The translations under genes were made by a program, and so were the position numbers. From assembly GCA_965287045.1 (NCBI GenBank), contig OZ336894.1, positions 35,650,001 to 35,714,000 on the forward strand: a stretch of 64,000 nt of DNA, given 5' to 3'. This stretch comes from Carcharhinus amblyrhynchos. Taxonomy: Eukaryota. Below, in pieces: positions 63,034 to 64,000 of the stretch; the stretch's first letter is position 1; each line of letters opens with the position of its first letter. A model generated the notes under the pieces. The model was not told the origin of the DNA, searched no databases, and was given only the letters and a program-made list of their open reading frames with translations.

Positions 63034-63565
63034 ATGTGTCTGTCTGTACGTACATGTGTCATTCTATGTGTCTGTGGCTGCCTGTGTATATATGTGTCTT
63101 TGTGTGTTTAAGCGTGTGTGTCTGAGAGAGAGGCAGTGCCTGTATGTGCCTCTAAGTGAGCGTGTTTGTGTCTGTATGTCTGTGCACGTGTAGTTGTGTG
63201 TGTCCATGAATGTGTGTATGGCATATCTGTGTGTGATTTAGTGTGCAAGCTTGTGTGTATCTGCATGTGCCTGCATGTATGTATGTGTGTGTCTGTGTTG
63301 GTCTCTGTGTATCTGTCATGTCTGTCTGAGTGTGTATCTATGAATGTGTGAATCTGTGTGCCTGTGTGCATGGGCGTGTGAGTGTGTGCCTGCATTTGTC
63401 TGTATGTCTGTGTGAGCGTGTATTTGTGGGTGTGTGTGTGTGCCTGCGTAACTGTGTGTGTCTGTTTTTGTCTGTGAGTGTGTGTCTATGCCTGTTTGTG
63501 CCTATGAATATGTATGTGCGTGTCTGTGTATGTATGTACGTATGTGCATGTATTTGTGTGTGTGC
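62738..63565 (+). repeat. Degenerate (TG)n/(CA)n microsatellite
   Basis: About 830 bp of interrupted TG repeats. Confidence 0.97.
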
Positions 63566-64000
63566 CAGTGCATGCTGGCATGGGGGCAAAATGGATGATC
63601 AGGTCAACTGCTCATCATAGGGAGCATGTGATATTTACTTTTTTTAAATGTTCATGTTCATTGCCAACAACTTGAAGAAGTGATTGAGCAAATAGAAATA
63701 GATACAAATTCCTAGCCTTGCCCACATGTCGGAGACGGAAGACATTACTTTGTGACAGTACGCAGAAAATATAGATTCAGTGTCACCGCTAACTCTGTTT
63801 CCCTTTTGATAGGTGTTGGCAAACCTGTGGAGTTTTTCTGGTGCCCTCCACTCTTATTTCAAACTCCAGCATCCACACAGTGTTTTGCTGATTTCAGAGT
63901 TACCTGGTTTGTAAGCACCAAGTGACCTGTCTACCTGTCCCTCCTTTACTTTGTGTCAGAGCAGCATGCCCGTCTTTCCCGTGGTTTTAGCACAGTCAAT

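Noticed and set aside
62636-63620. His/Thr- and Cys/Val-rich ORFs
   Set aside because: Translations of the (TG)n microsatellite.

Overview
Vertebrate genomic DNA, almost certainly from a shark or other elasmobranch (inferred from the dense HE1/V-SINE-type SINEs and CR1 LINEs). The only host gene seen is the 3' part of BRINP1 (DBC1/FAM5A) on the minus strand. It has three coding exons (35265-35501, 31100-31322, 18218-19358) with canonical GT-AG sites and continuous phase. No upstream exons were seen in the window. The rest is mostly transposon-derived: two SINE subfamilies with the same head but different 3' tails, many old CR1 fragments, one near-intact young 5'-truncated CR1 (49.6-52.2 kb), Rex1/Babar-type LINE tails, a probable solo LTR, TIR-bounded MITE-like elements, and Penelope-like elements (PLEs). 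The most notable observations are: (1) PLE-derived fold-back insertions carrying minimal hammerhead-ribozyme cores, some with target-site duplications, inside BRINP1 introns; (2) a SINE subfamily whose 3' stem-loop matches the Rex1/Babar LINE tails in the same window, suggesting a partner switch; (3) a promoter-like motif cluster plus splice donor facing BRINP1 from downstream; (4) an unexplained CpG-undepleted, palindrome-rich segment at about 54.5-55.1 kb. Repeat boundaries were read by eye and are approximate, and family names come from recall rather than database searches.
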